Notes: a model not told the origin generated them from the letters alone. Shown: positions 36,723-47,159, numbered from the stretch's first letter. The stretch: DNA of 64,000 nucleotides from Pseudomonadota bacterium (GCA_031416315.1 JANOTL010000109.1:32001-96000), one strand, 5' to 3'. Translations and numbers: made by a program.

Positions 36723-38993
36723 GTGATCAGCTCGGCGCTCGCGGACGCACTCGACGACAAGTTTCTTCACGCTCCAGACCTCCTTTGCGTCCTGAGCGAC
36801 GAAGGTAGGCTCGAGCACGTCAACGCGGTCATGCGCGACGGATTCGCGAAGGTCGCGGGTGATTTGCGGGGCCAGCTCTTAGGGAGCCTCTGCGAGCCCG
36901 CGGACAGCCGGCGCTTTCGAGAGGAGCTGAGCGCGCTCCCGCCCGACGGGTGCGCGCGGCAGGTCGACTTGCCCATGCGGATGAACGGCGGCCAGCGCTG
37001 GATCTCTTGGGTGCTACGCCGCGTGGAGACGCGCATCTTCGGCTCAGGGCGCGACGTGACCGCAAGCCGCCTCATCGAGTCGACAGCGCGTGAGATCCAG
37101 GTCCAAGCGCGGATCGGAGGGTGGATCCTCAACGTCGCGGACGGGACGACCACCTGGACCGACATCCTGTACGAGATCCATGGCGTACCGCTCGGAACGC
37201 CGACGAACCTCATCGACGGCCTCTCCTACTACCACCCGGACGATCGGCCGCGACTTTCCGCGCACCTTGAGGCGGCGGTCCGCGAACGCCGCCCCTTTGA
37301 CGACGAGTTCCGGTTTCGGACCCGGGACGGCCTCGAGCTCTGGATTCGCAGCACGGGCGTTCCCAAGCTCGCTGATTCGGGCGAGGTCATGGAGATTCGA
37401 GGGACTTTCCAGGACATCACCAGTCTGAAGCGCGCGGAGTTCGAGTCCAAAGACACGGTCTCGAAGTTGAGTCACCTCCTTCGCAATGCCCCGGGGATGG
37501 TCTACCAGTTCCGCATGGCCCCGGACGGGAAGATGTACTTTCCTTATGCGAGCGCCAAGACCTTCGAGATCTACGGCATCGAGCCCGAAGACTTTCGTGC
37601 CAATCCTTCGCTCATGCTGGATATGGTCCACACGGACGACAAGGATGGACTCAGGCTCGCGATCGAGGCCTCGGCCCGCACCATGACGCCGTTCCACTGG
37701 CAAGGCCGGATCGAGACGAAGGCCGGCGTCGTGAAGTGGATCCGGGCCAACAGCATCCCGGTCGCGCAAACGGACGGCTCGATCCTTTGGGACGGGATCG
37801 TCATCGACGTCTCCCGCGAGGTCACGCTGCAGCGGCAAGTCGACGAGCAACGGCAGCTGGCGGAGCAGGCGGCGAAGATGGCGGCGATCGGCGAGCTCGC
37901 GGCCGGCGTCGGCCATGAGATCAACAATCCGCTGGCGATTGCCTGCGCCGTGACGGCCAACATCGAGGCGCGTCTCGCGGCCGAGAGCCCCGTCAATCCC
38001 GAGCTGGCGCGCCTCTTCCGCAAGAACGAGGCCGCCCTCGAACGCATCCGCGGCATCGTGCGCGGGCTGGCCAATTTCATCGTGGATCGCGCGCATGGGG
38101 ATCGCGTCGCGGACCTCAACGAGGCGCTCGCGACGACCGTCGATCTGGTGCGCGAGGTCATCCGCAGCGACCAGATCGAGATCGCTCTCGACTTGCATCC
38201 CGCGCCGCTCCTCGTTTCTTGCAACATCAGCCAGCTCCAGCAAGTCATCATGAATCTGATCTCGAACGCGCGCGACGCCACCAAGGGCGTCCCGCGCGGC
38301 CGCATCGCGCTGTCTTCGCGCCTTGACGGAGATCGCGCAACGGCCGCGATCGAAGACAACGGCCATGGGATCGCGGACGAGAATCGGAGCAAGATATTCT
38401 CGACCTTTTTCACGACCAAGCCGCGCGGCGAGGGCACGGGACTGGGCTTGGCGCTGTCGAGGAATATCGTCTCCGCGAGTGGTGGTCGCGTCAGCTTCGA
38501 GTCCACGCTCGGCGTCGGCACGACGTTTCTCGTATCGCTTCCCTTGGCGCCCGAGGCTGAGCCTTCGCCCGCGCTTCAGCCCGAGCCGGCACCGAAGGCG
38601 ACGCGAGCCCAAGCTTCGCGGCCTTCGGTTTTGGTCGTCGACGACGAACCAGATCTCCGCGAGATTCTCTGCGACCAGCTCGGCGCCGCCGGCCTGGAAG
38701 CGGTCGCGGCCGAGAACGGGCGCCATGCGCTGGAAATCCTGGCGCATCGAACCTTTGATCTCCTGTTCACCGACCTCAAGATGCCCGAAATGGGCGGGGT
38801 CGAGCTCGTAAGACGCGTCCGTGAGGAGCTTCGGCATAGCCGCATGACTTTCGTGGCCGGCACCGGCGCGTCGATGCTCGATCCCGCCGCGAGCTTGGAA
38901 CTATTCGCTCACGTGTTGACGAAGCCTTATGGGCTCGAGGAATTGCAGCGTATCGTTGTCGGCTTGCTCAGTCGCAGCGAGCGAGCGCGCTGA
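36723..38993 (+). CDS. Cytoplasmic multi-PAS hybrid histidine kinase with receiver domain
   Basis: Three PAS-like regions, AGVGHEINNPL, NLISNARDA, DNGHG, TKPRGEGTGLGL, VLVVDD...DLKMP...KP; start uncertain. Confidence 0.9.
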   Translation: MISSALADALDDKFLHAPDLLCVLSDEGRLEHVNAVMRDGFAKVAGDLRGQLLGSLCEPADSRRFREELSALPPDGCARQVDLPMRMNGGQRWISWVLRRVETRIFGSGRDVTASRLIESTAREIQVQARIGGWILNVADGTTTWTDILYEIHGVPLGTPTNLIDGLSYYHPDDRPRLSAHLEAAVRERRPFDDEFRFRTRDGLELWIRSTGVPKLADSGEVMEIRGTFQDITSLKRAEFESKDTVSKLSHLLRNAPGMVYQFRMAPDGKMYFPYASAKTFEIYGIEPEDFRANPSLMLDMVHTDDKDGLRLAIEASARTMTPFHWQGRIETKAGVVKWIRANSIPVAQTDGSILWDGIVIDVSREVTLQRQVDEQRQLAEQAAKMAAIGELAAGVGHEINNPLAIACAVTANIEARLAAESPVNPELARLFRKNEAALERIRGIVRGLANFIVDRAHGDRVADLNEALATTVDLVREVIRSDQIEIALDLHPAPLLVSCNISQLQQVIMNLISNARDATKGVPRGRIALSSRLDGDRATAAIEDNGHGIADENRSKIFSTFFTTKPRGEGTGLGLALSRNIVSASGGRVSFESTLGVGTTFLVSLPLAPEAEPSPALQPEPAPKATRAQASRPSVLVVDDEPDLREILCDQLGAAGLEAVAAENGRHALEILAHRTFDLLFTDLKMPEMGGVELVRRVREELRHSRMTFVAGTGASMLDPAASLELFAHVLTKPYGLEELQRIVVGLLSRSERAR

Positions 38994-39000
38994 CCTCGCG

Positions 39001-39921
39001 TTACTTGAGCGAGCGCGGATCTAGGAGATCACGCAGCGCGTCGCCGAGGAAGTTGAGCGCCATCACCAGCGTCATGATCGCGAGCCCCGGGACCATCGAC
39101 AGGAACGGGGCCTCGGTGAGCACCGTGCGGCCTTGTCCCAAGATAGCGCCCCAGCTCGGCGCGCCGTCGTTGGCGCCAAGTCCCAAGAAGGAGAGCGAAG
39201 CCTCGACGATGATGACGCCCGAGAGGGCGAAGGTCGCTTGCACCAGGAGCGGCGAGAACGTCGAGGGAAAGACGTGCTTCGTGATCGTGCGCCAGTCGCT
39301 GGCTCCGAGCGCATGGCTCGCCTGCACGAACTCGCGCTCGCGCACGCTCAGCGTTTGCCCGCGGATCAGGCGCGCAGAGCTGGTCCAGCCGGTGGCGGCG
39401 ATGGCGAAGATGACGTTGTGGCGCGAAGGTCCCATGAGCGCCGCAAGCGACATGGCGAGGAGGATCCCGGGAAAAGCCATCAGGAGGTCGACGGTGCGCA
39501 TGAGGATCGTGTCGATCCAGCCGCGTTTGTAGCCGGCGACGAGGCCGATCGAGGCGCCGAGCGTGACCGAGAGCGCGACGGTAAGGAAGCTGATGTAGAG
39601 AGAGGTGCGCGCGCCGTAGAGCATCGCGGTCAAGACGCTGCCGCCATTCAAGTCGCGGCCGAGCCAGTCGGCCATGCCTGGAAGCACGCCCGGCCTTTGG
39701 AGCCTGAGGGCGACGTCCATGTCTTCCGGCGCGGTCGGCGCGATCCAGGGCGCAAGGACGGCGAGGACGACGACGACCGAGATCGTGGTGACGCCGAACC
39801 AGACGCGCGGATTGCGGGAGAACCGCCGCAACTGCTCGCGCTGGTGGTGGTCGAGGAGACGGCGCTTGAAGAAAGGCGTCACCTCAACGGGCAGTCTTGA
39901 TGCGTGGGTCGACGAGGGCAT
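39001..39921 (-). CDS. dppC: Peptide/nickel ABC transporter permease (DppC/OppC type)
   Basis: YGARTSL, AFPGILLA, ARLIRG, REFVQASHALGAS, EASLSFLGLG. Confidence 0.85.
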   Translation of the reverse strand: MPSSTHASRLPVEVTPFFKRRLLDHHQREQLRRFSRNPRVWFGVTTISVVVVLAVLAPWIAPTAPEDMDVALRLQRPGVLPGMADWLGRDLNGGSVLTAMLYGARTSLYISFLTVALSVTLGASIGLVAGYKRGWIDTILMRTVDLLMAFPGILLAMSLAALMGPSRHNVIFAIAATGWTSSARLIRGQTLSVREREFVQASHALGASDWRTITKHVFPSTFSPLLVQATFALSGVIIVEASLSFLGLGANDGAPSWGAILGQGRTVLTEAPFLSMVPGLAIMTLVMALNFLGDALRDLLDPRSLK

Positions 39922-40807
39922 AGGCCATATCCGTGAGCAGGTTGACCACCAGGTACGTGGCGGAGAACGTCAGGACGCACCCCTGGACGAGCGGGTAGTC
40001 GCGGTTGTTGATGCCGTCGAGGATGAGGCTGCCGAGCCCCGGCCAGTCGAAGATGCGCTCGGTGATGATCGCGCCCGTGAGGAGCACGCCGAACTGCAGG
40101 CCGACGATCGTAACGAGCGGCAGGGCGGCGTTACGGAGCACGTGCTTCAGGACGACCTTCGCCTCGCCGACGCCTTTGGCGCGGGCGGTGCGGACGAAGT
40201 CCTCTTTCAGGTTGTCGAGCATCGAGTTGCGGGTCATGCGCGAGAGGATGGCCGCGAGCGGGATGCCGAGCGTCATCGCCGGGAGCACGTAGGAGTTCCA
40301 GTCGCCGCGCTCCGAGACCGGGAAAAAGCCCAACTTCAGGGAGAAGACGAGGACGAGCATCGGACCGAGCCAGAAGTTCGGCACGGCGACGCCGGTGAGG
40401 GCGAAGCCCATCGCCGTATAATCGGTGAATTTCCCTTGGCGCAGCGCGCTGATGATGCCGAGCGGCAGGCTGACGCACAGGGCGACGATCATGGCGAGGC
40501 AAGCGAGCTCGAGCGTCGCCTGCACGCGCGAGGCGATCATCGTCTCTACTGGCTTGCGGTAGATCAGGGAGTCGCCGAGGTGGCCTTGCGCGATTTGCGA
40601 GTAGTAGCGCCCTAGCTGAATGACGAAGGGTTGGTCGAGGCCCATGTCTTTCTTGAGCTGGACCTTCTCTTCCTGCGTCGCGTAGGGGCCGAGGATGGTG
40701 TCGGCCGGATCGCCGGGCACCGTGTGGATCAACATCGACACGACGGCGACGACCCCGAGGCCGACGGGGATGAGAGCCAAGAGGCGCCGCATGAAGAAGG
40801 TCAGCAC
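39884..40807 (-). CDS. dppB: Peptide ABC transporter permease (DppB/OppB type)
   Basis: PGDPA, PNFWLG, EDFVRTARAKG, HVLRNA, ERIFDWPGLG, RDYPLVQG, DPRI. Confidence 0.88.
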   Translation of the reverse strand: MLTFFMRRLLALIPVGLGVVAVVSMLIHTVPGDPADTILGPYATQEEKVQLKKDMGLDQPFVIQLGRYYSQIAQGHLGDSLIYRKPVETMIASRVQATLELACLAMIVALCVSLPLGIISALRQGKFTDYTAMGFALTGVAVPNFWLGPMLVLVFSLKLGFFPVSERGDWNSYVLPAMTLGIPLAAILSRMTRNSMLDNLKEDFVRTARAKGVGEAKVVLKHVLRNAALPLVTIVGLQFGVLLTGAIITERIFDWPGLGSLILDGINNRDYPLVQGCVLTFSATYLVVNLLTDMAYALVDPRIKTAR

Positions 40808-40820
40808 GCTGCCCCCTGAG

Positions 40821-42383
40821 CTACTTCTTGTAGGCTTTGGTCAGCGAGCCGTACCGGCCGTCGGCATAGACCTCGAAGTCCTCGACGTCCTTGTTCACCA
40901 CCGCAAAGACTTCCTCGTGCCAAAGGAAGACGTAAGGCAGCTCCTGCGCCACGATCGTCTGGATCTTGTTGTAGGAGTCGCCGCGCTTCGTCGCGTCGAC
41001 GTCGGTGCGCGCGGTGGTCATCAGCTTGTCGAGCTCGGCGTTCGAATACCAGCCGCGGTTGCCGCCGTTCGGCGGGAAGCTCTCGGTGCCGAAGGCGAAG
41101 CGGTAGATGTCGGGATCCTTGAAGCCGACCCAGGCTAGGCTCCACATCTGGACCTTGCCGGCCTCGACGTCGGATTTGAAGCGGCCCCATTCCAAGGACT
41201 CGACCGTGACCTCGACGCCGATCTTGCGCAGGTCGGCGCCGACCGCTTTGGCGATGGCGACGCGTGTGAGGTCGGTCGTGGTCTTGTAATTCAGCTGAAA
41301 ACGCGGCTTCGGGCCGTCACCGTCCGGGTCTTTGAAGCCGGCCTCGTCGAGGAGCTTCTTCGCTTTGGCGACGTCGAGCGTGAGCGCTTGCACGTCCTTC
41401 GCGTAGAACGGGTCGGTCGGCGTGATCAGGGTCGTCGCCGGGACGGCCAAGCCGTTCAGCACGAACTTGATGATCTTCTCGCGGTCGACGGCGTGCGCGA
41501 TCGCTTGGCGCACCTTCACGTTGCTCACGAGCTTGTCGCGCATATTGAAGCCGAGATAGGTCGTGTTCTGGCCCGCGCGCTTGAACACCTTCAGGCGCGG
41601 GTTGGTCTTCGCGAGCTCGGTGACCTTGTCGCGGCTGATGCCGTTCTGCACTATGTCGACTTCGCCGTTGGCGAGCTTGGCGAAGCGCGTCGTCTCGTCC
41701 TTCACGAACTTGATCGAGATCGTCTTCGTCTTCGGCAGGGCGCCGAGGGTGAAGTGCTCGTTGACCTCGAGCTCGAGGCCGTTCGGATTCTGCGACTTGA
41801 ACTTGAAGGCGCCGCAGCCGACGATGCCGTCGGCCTCGCCGAGCATCTCCTTCGCCGCGAGCTTGGCGGGCAGGACGCCGACGACGAGGTTGGTGACGAA
41901 GGTGGAGTCGGGCTCCTCCAGCGTGAAGGTGACCTTGTCGCCTTTGGCTTCGGTCGTCTTGATCTTGGCGAAGGCGCCTTTGCGCGGCGAAGGGTTCTTC
42001 ACGTCCGCGCGCTTGAAGAAGTCGTAGGTCGCCTTGACGTCGTCCGAGGTGACGGGCGTGCCGTCCGCGAACTTGACGCCGGCGGTAAGCACGAGCTCGA
42101 GCGTCGTCGGATTGGTCCAGCGCCATTCGCGCGCCAAGTCAGGGATCGTGCGACCGTCTTGGTCGAAGTCGATCAGAGAGCAGTGCAGAAGATTTTCCAG
42201 GTACTGGCTGTTGGCGTCGATCGCATAGCGCGGGTCGAGGGAGCGCGGCTCGGCCTCCCAGGCGAGGGTGATCCCGGAGCTGCCGGCAACGGCGCTCGCG
42301 CCCTGCGCGAAGCCCGCGAGCGCGAGCATGAGCGGCACGACGGGCGTGGATCTGAGGGCCCGGGAGGGTCGGGTGAGGCGCAT
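40821..42383 (-). CDS. ABC transporter substrate-binding protein, family 5 (DppA-like)
   Basis: SLDP, PDLA, VKFADGTPVTSDDV, GCGAFK, YLGFN, VRQAIAHAVDR, QELPYVFL. Confidence 0.9.
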   Translation of the reverse strand: MRLTRPSRALRSTPVVPLMLALAGFAQGASAVAGSSGITLAWEAEPRSLDPRYAIDANSQYLENLLHCSLIDFDQDGRTIPDLAREWRWTNPTTLELVLTAGVKFADGTPVTSDDVKATYDFFKRADVKNPSPRKGAFAKIKTTEAKGDKVTFTLEEPDSTFVTNLVVGVLPAKLAAKEMLGEADGIVGCGAFKFKSQNPNGLELEVNEHFTLGALPKTKTISIKFVKDETTRFAKLANGEVDIVQNGISRDKVTELAKTNPRLKVFKRAGQNTTYLGFNMRDKLVSNVKVRQAIAHAVDREKIIKFVLNGLAVPATTLITPTDPFYAKDVQALTLDVAKAKKLLDEAGFKDPDGDGPKPRFQLNYKTTTDLTRVAIAKAVGADLRKIGVEVTVESLEWGRFKSDVEAGKVQMWSLAWVGFKDPDIYRFAFGTESFPPNGGNRGWYSNAELDKLMTTARTDVDATKRGDSYNKIQTIVAQELPYVFLWHEEVFAVVNKDVEDFEVYADGRYGSLTKAYKK

Positions 42384-42499
42384 GCGAAATTCCTTTGGAT
42401 GGCTTTGATCTTGCCTACGATATCAGCTAGGTATTGGGAAGTCGATAGCGTCCGAGAGGCCAAAATGCCGGAAAAACCGGCCCCGCGAGTGAGTTTCAC

Positions 42500-43834
42500 G
42501 TGAGCCAGAAGGTCCCAGTCCGTCCGATCGACTATGGCTTGCGCCGCGAGCGCGCGGCCGCGGCCGCCGCGTCCCACTACGGACCGTGCGCGATCTTGGC
42601 GGTCTCCCAGCCGGCCGCGTATCGCAACTCGACCGTCGAGCACGGCTATCGCCAGGAGAGTTTCCTGCATTGGCTCACCGGCTTCGAGGAGCCCGAGTCG
42701 GCGCTCCTCATTTTGCCGCACAAGCCGGCCGGCGAGCGCATTGTCTTCTTCCTGCGCGAGCGCGATCCCGAGCGCGAGACCTGGGACGGCCGCCGTTTGG
42801 GCGTCGAGCGCGCGCGCGAGCGGCTGGGCGTCGACCAGGCGTTTCCGATGGCGAGCCTCTGGGACAAGCTGCCGGAGCTCCTGTCCGGAGCGAAGGGCAT
42901 CTTCTTCCCGCTCGGCATGGACGAGGTCTACGACCGCCAGTTCATCAAGGCTTTGGCCGCGCACAAGGCGCGCTTCGGCAAGAAGAGCAGCGCCGCGCGG
43001 CTGCCCATCTTCGACCTCGCGCTCATCTCCGGAAAGATGCGGCTCCACAAGGCGCCGGAAGAGATCGACCGCATGCGCGCCGCCGCCGCGATCACACGGC
43101 AGGCGCATGGCAAGGTGATGCAAACCGTGCGTCCGGGCATGAACGAGCGGGACGTCCACGCGCAGCTCCTGGCGGAGTTTCTGGCCGGCGGCGCGGAGAT
43201 GGAGGCATACGGCGCCATCGTCGCGGGCGGCGTCAATGCGTGCATTCTGCACTACCGCGAGAACGACGCGCCGTTGAAGGACGGCGAGCTCCTTCTCATC
43301 GACGCGGGCTCGCAGTACCAATACTACGCGTCCGACGTGACCCGCACGTTTCCGGTCGGGCAGAAATTCACGCCCGAGCAGAAGGCGGTCTACGAGGTCG
43401 TGCTGAAGGCGCAGAAAGCGGCGATCGCGAAGGCGGTGCCGGGCTCCTCCCTCGACGCGGTGCACGAGGAAGCCGTGGCGCAACTGACGCAGGGCTTGAT
43501 CGACCTGGAGATTCTGAAGGGCGAGCGTGACGAGTTGATCCGGAACCGCGCGTTCTTCAAGTATTACCCGCACGGGACGAGCCACTGGATCGGGATGGAC
43601 GTGCACGACGCCGGGGTCTATTACGTCGACGGCAAGCCTTTGCCCTTGGCGGCGGGGATGTATTTCAGCGTCGAGCCCGGGCTCTACTTCGACCCCGCGG
43701 ACGAGACGATCCCCGCGGCGTTCCGCGGCATCGGCATACGCATCGAAGACGACGTCCTCGTCACCGAGACCGGCAACGAAGTGATCACCGCGGGCATCCC
43801 GAAGGAAGTGCACGAGCTCGAGGGGCGGGCGTAG
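42500..43834 (+). CDS. pepP: Xaa-Pro aminopeptidase P (M24B)
   Basis: YRQES, LHYREN, DAG, SDVTRT, HGTSHWIGMDVHD, EPGLY, GIRIEDD. Confidence 0.93.
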   Translation: MSQKVPVRPIDYGLRRERAAAAAASHYGPCAILAVSQPAAYRNSTVEHGYRQESFLHWLTGFEEPESALLILPHKPAGERIVFFLRERDPERETWDGRRLGVERARERLGVDQAFPMASLWDKLPELLSGAKGIFFPLGMDEVYDRQFIKALAAHKARFGKKSSAARLPIFDLALISGKMRLHKAPEEIDRMRAAAAITRQAHGKVMQTVRPGMNERDVHAQLLAEFLAGGAEMEAYGAIVAGGVNACILHYRENDAPLKDGELLLIDAGSQYQYYASDVTRTFPVGQKFTPEQKAVYEVVLKAQKAAIAKAVPGSSLDAVHEEAVAQLTQGLIDLEILKGERDELIRNRAFFKYYPHGTSHWIGMDVHDAGVYYVDGKPLPLAAGMYFSVEPGLYFDPADETIPAAFRGIGIRIEDDVLVTETGNEVITAGIPKEVHELEGRA

Positions 43835-43836
43835 TG

Positions 43837-45165
43837 ATGCGCGCCGCCGCGGTGCGCGACCTGCTGCGTGCCGCCTTGGCGCTCGTCGGCGCGCTCTCCT
43901 GCGCGCCTTTGGCTCTCGGCGCCTGCGACGGCGATCCGGTCTTCGTCTACGACTATCCGATCGTCCTGAAGAACCAGGTCGCCCTCGCGGGCCAGCGCGT
44001 CGAGAAGCTCGCGGCGTTCGCTCGCGACGGCGACGGCACGTGGAAGCAGGTGCCGTTGCAGGTCGACGAGGTGAATGCGCAAGGCGACTACGTCCTCGCC
44101 TTCGGTATCCCGTTCACCAAGGCGACCGACGACGGCTGGCTCGACGCCAACGACGAATTGGCGCTGCGCGGCGAGGATCTGGGCCGGGACTTCAAGCCTA
44201 CCGACGTGCCGCAATGGGTGAAGGACAAGGCGCGTGCCACGTGGAAGGCCAGCTTTTGCCGAGGCGGCAAGGTGGCGGGCCACCTCCTCGTCGCCGGCAC
44301 GCACAAAAAAGAAGCGACGACCGAGCCGCTCGACGTCAAGTTCGACGACAAGGCGCAGACGATCGAAACGGCGCTCTACAGCTACAAGTTCGACCGCGTG
44401 CGCCCGGCGCTCCTCGGCGAGGTGGCGATGAAGCAAGCTGGGACGGGGGGGGCGGTGCCGATCATCGCTTCTTCGAAGTTCCTGATGCCCTTGCGCACGC
44501 CCTTTTTCATGCCCGACATGACGTTCGTCGACCAGGATTTCAGCTCAGAGGTCGAGTGCTGGCAGACCGGACCTGTGCGCTCGATCGTCGCCGTCGGGGT
44601 GAAGTACTCCGCGTTTCTGTCCGTGCTGAAGCTCCACCTCTTCAGCGAGCTGGTGTTCTACCGGCGCAAGTTCGAGATCCCGACCAAGATCGAGTTCATC
44701 TTCGATCCGACGACCTTCCTCCGCCCCGGCAGCGGGCTCTTTTACGCCTTGGTGTTCCCGAAGGGAAAGGCCTGGGCGATCGACTCGAACCTCGTGCCCT
44801 TGCCGGCGAAGTCCGCGGCGGAGGTGGTCGACAAGGGGCCGAAGGCCAGCATGACGGAGGAGTTCTACGCGCGCGGCAGTCAGGAAGGCTTCGGGAGCTT
44901 CCTGGTCAAGGTGAGAGTCGACGCCAAGGCTCGCGCCGCGGTGCCGCCGCCGTTCATCATCCGGGCCAAAGACTTCGACGACGCCGCCCTGGCGCGGCAC
45001 TGGGACTGGCTGGCGCAGAGCCGGGGCGACCTCGGCGTCTACCTGGACATCAGCCAAGTCCCGCAGGGCCTGTACGACTTCGGCCTTGACTTGCTCCTGT
45101 CGCCTAAGGCACACGATACGTTCACGGAATACGGCCCTATAGCCGCAGAATGGCTGAGATTATGA
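43837..45165 (+). CDS. Hypothetical exported/lipoprotein
   Basis: Signal and lipobox LGAC; VPLQVDE motif; directly follows pepP. Confidence 0.7.
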   Translation: MRAAAVRDLLRAALALVGALSCAPLALGACDGDPVFVYDYPIVLKNQVALAGQRVEKLAAFARDGDGTWKQVPLQVDEVNAQGDYVLAFGIPFTKATDDGWLDANDELALRGEDLGRDFKPTDVPQWVKDKARATWKASFCRGGKVAGHLLVAGTHKKEATTEPLDVKFDDKAQTIETALYSYKFDRVRPALLGEVAMKQAGTGGAVPIIASSKFLMPLRTPFFMPDMTFVDQDFSSEVECWQTGPVRSIVAVGVKYSAFLSVLKLHLFSELVFYRRKFEIPTKIEFIFDPTTFLRPGSGLFYALVFPKGKAWAIDSNLVPLPAKSAAEVVDKGPKASMTEEFYARGSQEGFGSFLVKVRVDAKARAAVPPPFIIRAKDFDDAALARHWDWLAQSRGDLGVYLDISQVPQGLYDFGLDLLLSPKAHDTFTEYGPIAAEWLRL

Positions 45166-45524
45166 CCCAAGACGCCAACCTGAGCGTTCGCATCTCCGAA
45201 GCGCTCTTTCAGAAGTTGAAAACCGAGGCCGAGGACGAAGGCATCGACCTCGGCTCGCTCGTCTCGGAGCTTTTGGCCGAGGGCGTAGCGCTCCGCGCCT
45301 GGGAGATCATCGAGCGCAAGGCGGCTATGCGCGGCGCGTTGCCAGGCGCCAGCGGCCATCGCGAGGCCCAGGCCACCGGCAACGGCAACTTCCGCGGCCC
45401 GCCGAAGCATGGCATGCCGCAGGCGCGGCCTTCCGCACCGCCGGGCAAGGGCAACACGGCCTGGATGGAAGACCGGGCGGCTTTCCTCGAGTACGTTCGC
45501 AATCAAGAAAAACGGCGGCGCTAG
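45162..45524 (+). CDS. Small protein with N-terminal ribbon-helix-helix (CopG/HicB-like) domain
   Basis: NLSVRISEALFQKLKTEAEDEGIDLGSLVSELLAEGV; ATGA overlap. Confidence 0.65.
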   Translation: MTQDANLSVRISEALFQKLKTEAEDEGIDLGSLVSELLAEGVALRAWEIIERKAAMRGALPGASGHREAQATGNGNFRGPPKHGMPQARPSAPPGKGNTAWMEDRAAFLEYVRNQEKRRR

Positions 45525-45543
45525 CCGCAGGACGAAGGACGCC

Positions 45544-46389
45544 ATGGAACTCTGGTTCACCGAGCAAGAAAAAGATCAGGTGCGCTTCGGCGTGCGCGTC
45601 GACGGCGTGCTCTTCCGCGGCAAATCCGAGTTCCAGGAGATCGAGGTCCTCGAAACCGCGCCCTACGGCCGCATGCTCGTCCTCGACGGCTGCGTGATGA
45701 CGACGGACGTCGACGAGTTCGTGTACCACGAGTGCATCGCCCACGTGCCGGCCTGCCTGCACAAGAATCCGAAGAAGGCCTTGGTCGTCGGCGGCGGCGA
45801 CGGCGGCACGGTGCGTGAACTGCTGAAGCACAAGGGCATAGGCGAGATCGTCCTGTGCGAGATCGACGGCATGGTCGTCGAAGCTTGCCGCAAGTACTTT
45901 CCGGCCATCGCCTGCGGCCTCGACGACAAGCGCGTCAAGGTCGAGATCGGCGACGGCGTCGCCTACGTCAAAGAGCACGAGAAGGCCTTCGACATCATCA
46001 TCATCGACTCGACCGATCCGATCGGCCCGGGCGAAGGCCTCTTCAGCGGCGAATTCTACAAGAGCGTGGCGCGCGCCTTGAAGCCTGGCGGTCTCATGGT
46101 CGCGCAGTCGGAGGCGATCTGGTTCGGCGACGACGTGCTCGGCCGCATCCACCGGAACATCAGCGCCGGCTTCGCGCACAAGAAGACCTACCTCGGCGCG
46201 ATTCCGACCTACCCTCGCGGCGTGTGGTCTTGGACCATGGCGTCGGCCGAGCCGATCGATCCGAAGAACTTCGACCGCGAGCGCTTTGGACAGGTCGCGG
46301 CCGGGCTCAAGTATTTGACCCAAGACAGCATGGTCAGCGTCTTCGATTTGCCGCCGTTCTTTCGCGCGAAGTTCGCGAAGAACGACTGA
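45544..46389 (+). CDS. speE: Spermidine synthase (polyamine aminopropyltransferase)
   Basis: KSEFQEI, LVLDG, DEFVYHE, LVVGGGDGG, CEIDG, IIDSTDP, PTYP. Confidence 0.95.
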   Translation: MELWFTEQEKDQVRFGVRVDGVLFRGKSEFQEIEVLETAPYGRMLVLDGCVMTTDVDEFVYHECIAHVPACLHKNPKKALVVGGGDGGTVRELLKHKGIGEIVLCEIDGMVVEACRKYFPAIACGLDDKRVKVEIGDGVAYVKEHEKAFDIIIIDSTDPIGPGEGLFSGEFYKSVARALKPGGLMVAQSEAIWFGDDVLGRIHRNISAGFAHKKTYLGAIPTYPRGVWSWTMASAEPIDPKNFDRERFGQVAAGLKYLTQDSMVSVFDLPPFFRAKFAKND

Positions 46390-46456
46390 GGTGAAGACGG
46401 CCGCGACCCGTTCGCGGCGCGCCGCGCGGCCTATCGGACTCCTCAGGTGCCGCGGC

Positions 46457-46927
46457 TCACGGGCACTGCCGTTTCACCCACGCCGACCAGACGTTATTGA
46501 ACTCGTTGGACTCCGTGACGGCGGCGCCGTCATCGAGACGGATCGCGATCTGCGTCCACGCGTTCGCCGCCAGCGGTCCGAATGAGCCCCAAGCGGAGCG
46601 GGTCGCGCCGATGCCGAGCGGCAGCTGCGCGAAGCCGTAGCTGCCGCCGCCGAAGGATTTGTTGACGTGGTTGCCCGCGCCGGCCGTGCCGAAGTTGCCA
46701 TATTTGTACTGCGCGCGGAAATACTGCGCAGCGCAAGGCAGGACGAGCTGCTGCTGATGATTTATTGGAACCGTCGCCCCGATGCTCAGATGAGCGACGA
46801 TCGTGTTGCCCGCGAAGCGAAGGTCGGGGAGCACCGCCTTGGTCGCGCTGAACTCTTCTTGGGAATTGCCGCAAGCGGCGACGGAGATGAAGGCTGCGGC
46901 GAGGGCGGCGCCAGTGAAGAGTTGCAT
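46457..46927 (-). CDS. Small lipoprotein with CARDB-like Ig domain
   Basis: Lipobox VAAC; PDL at the start, NFGTAGA, LDDGAAVTESNEFNN (CARDB tail). Confidence 0.7.
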   Translation of the reverse strand: MQLFTGAALAAAFISVAACGNSQEEFSATKAVLPDLRFAGNTIVAHLSIGATVPINHQQQLVLPCAAQYFRAQYKYGNFGTAGAGNHVNKSFGGGSYGFAQLPLGIGATRSAWGSFGPLAANAWTQIAIRLDDGAAVTESNEFNNVWSAWVKRQCP

Positions 46928-46972
46928 TTTTGAGTCCTTCTGAAGTGTCGGTGAAGGGGCACCGACGGTTTC

Positions 46973-46988
46973 AGCAAGACCGATGCCA
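46973..46988 (-). promoter_or_regulatory. Putative sigma54 promoter
   Basis: Minus strand TGGCATCGGTCTTGCT, about 45 nt upstream of ATG 46927. Confidence 0.7.
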
Positions 46989-47159
46989 GGGATGCCATGA
47001 CAACACATGCGCCGCCCGCCTCAAGGCTTCCAGGCGATCGATGCGGTTTTTCTCAGTTGCGATCTTAGTCCATCTTAGCGCGCGGCGCGCCAGCGTCCCC
47101 CTCCCAGTGGCTGGTCACTAAGAAGCAGGGCCTTCGCCCGAATTGTACGCTTGGGAGGG

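Noticed and set aside
42400..42416. TGGCTTTGATCTTGCC as a sigma54 site before pepP
   Set aside because: Spacing is right but the -24 element is poor; may be chance.
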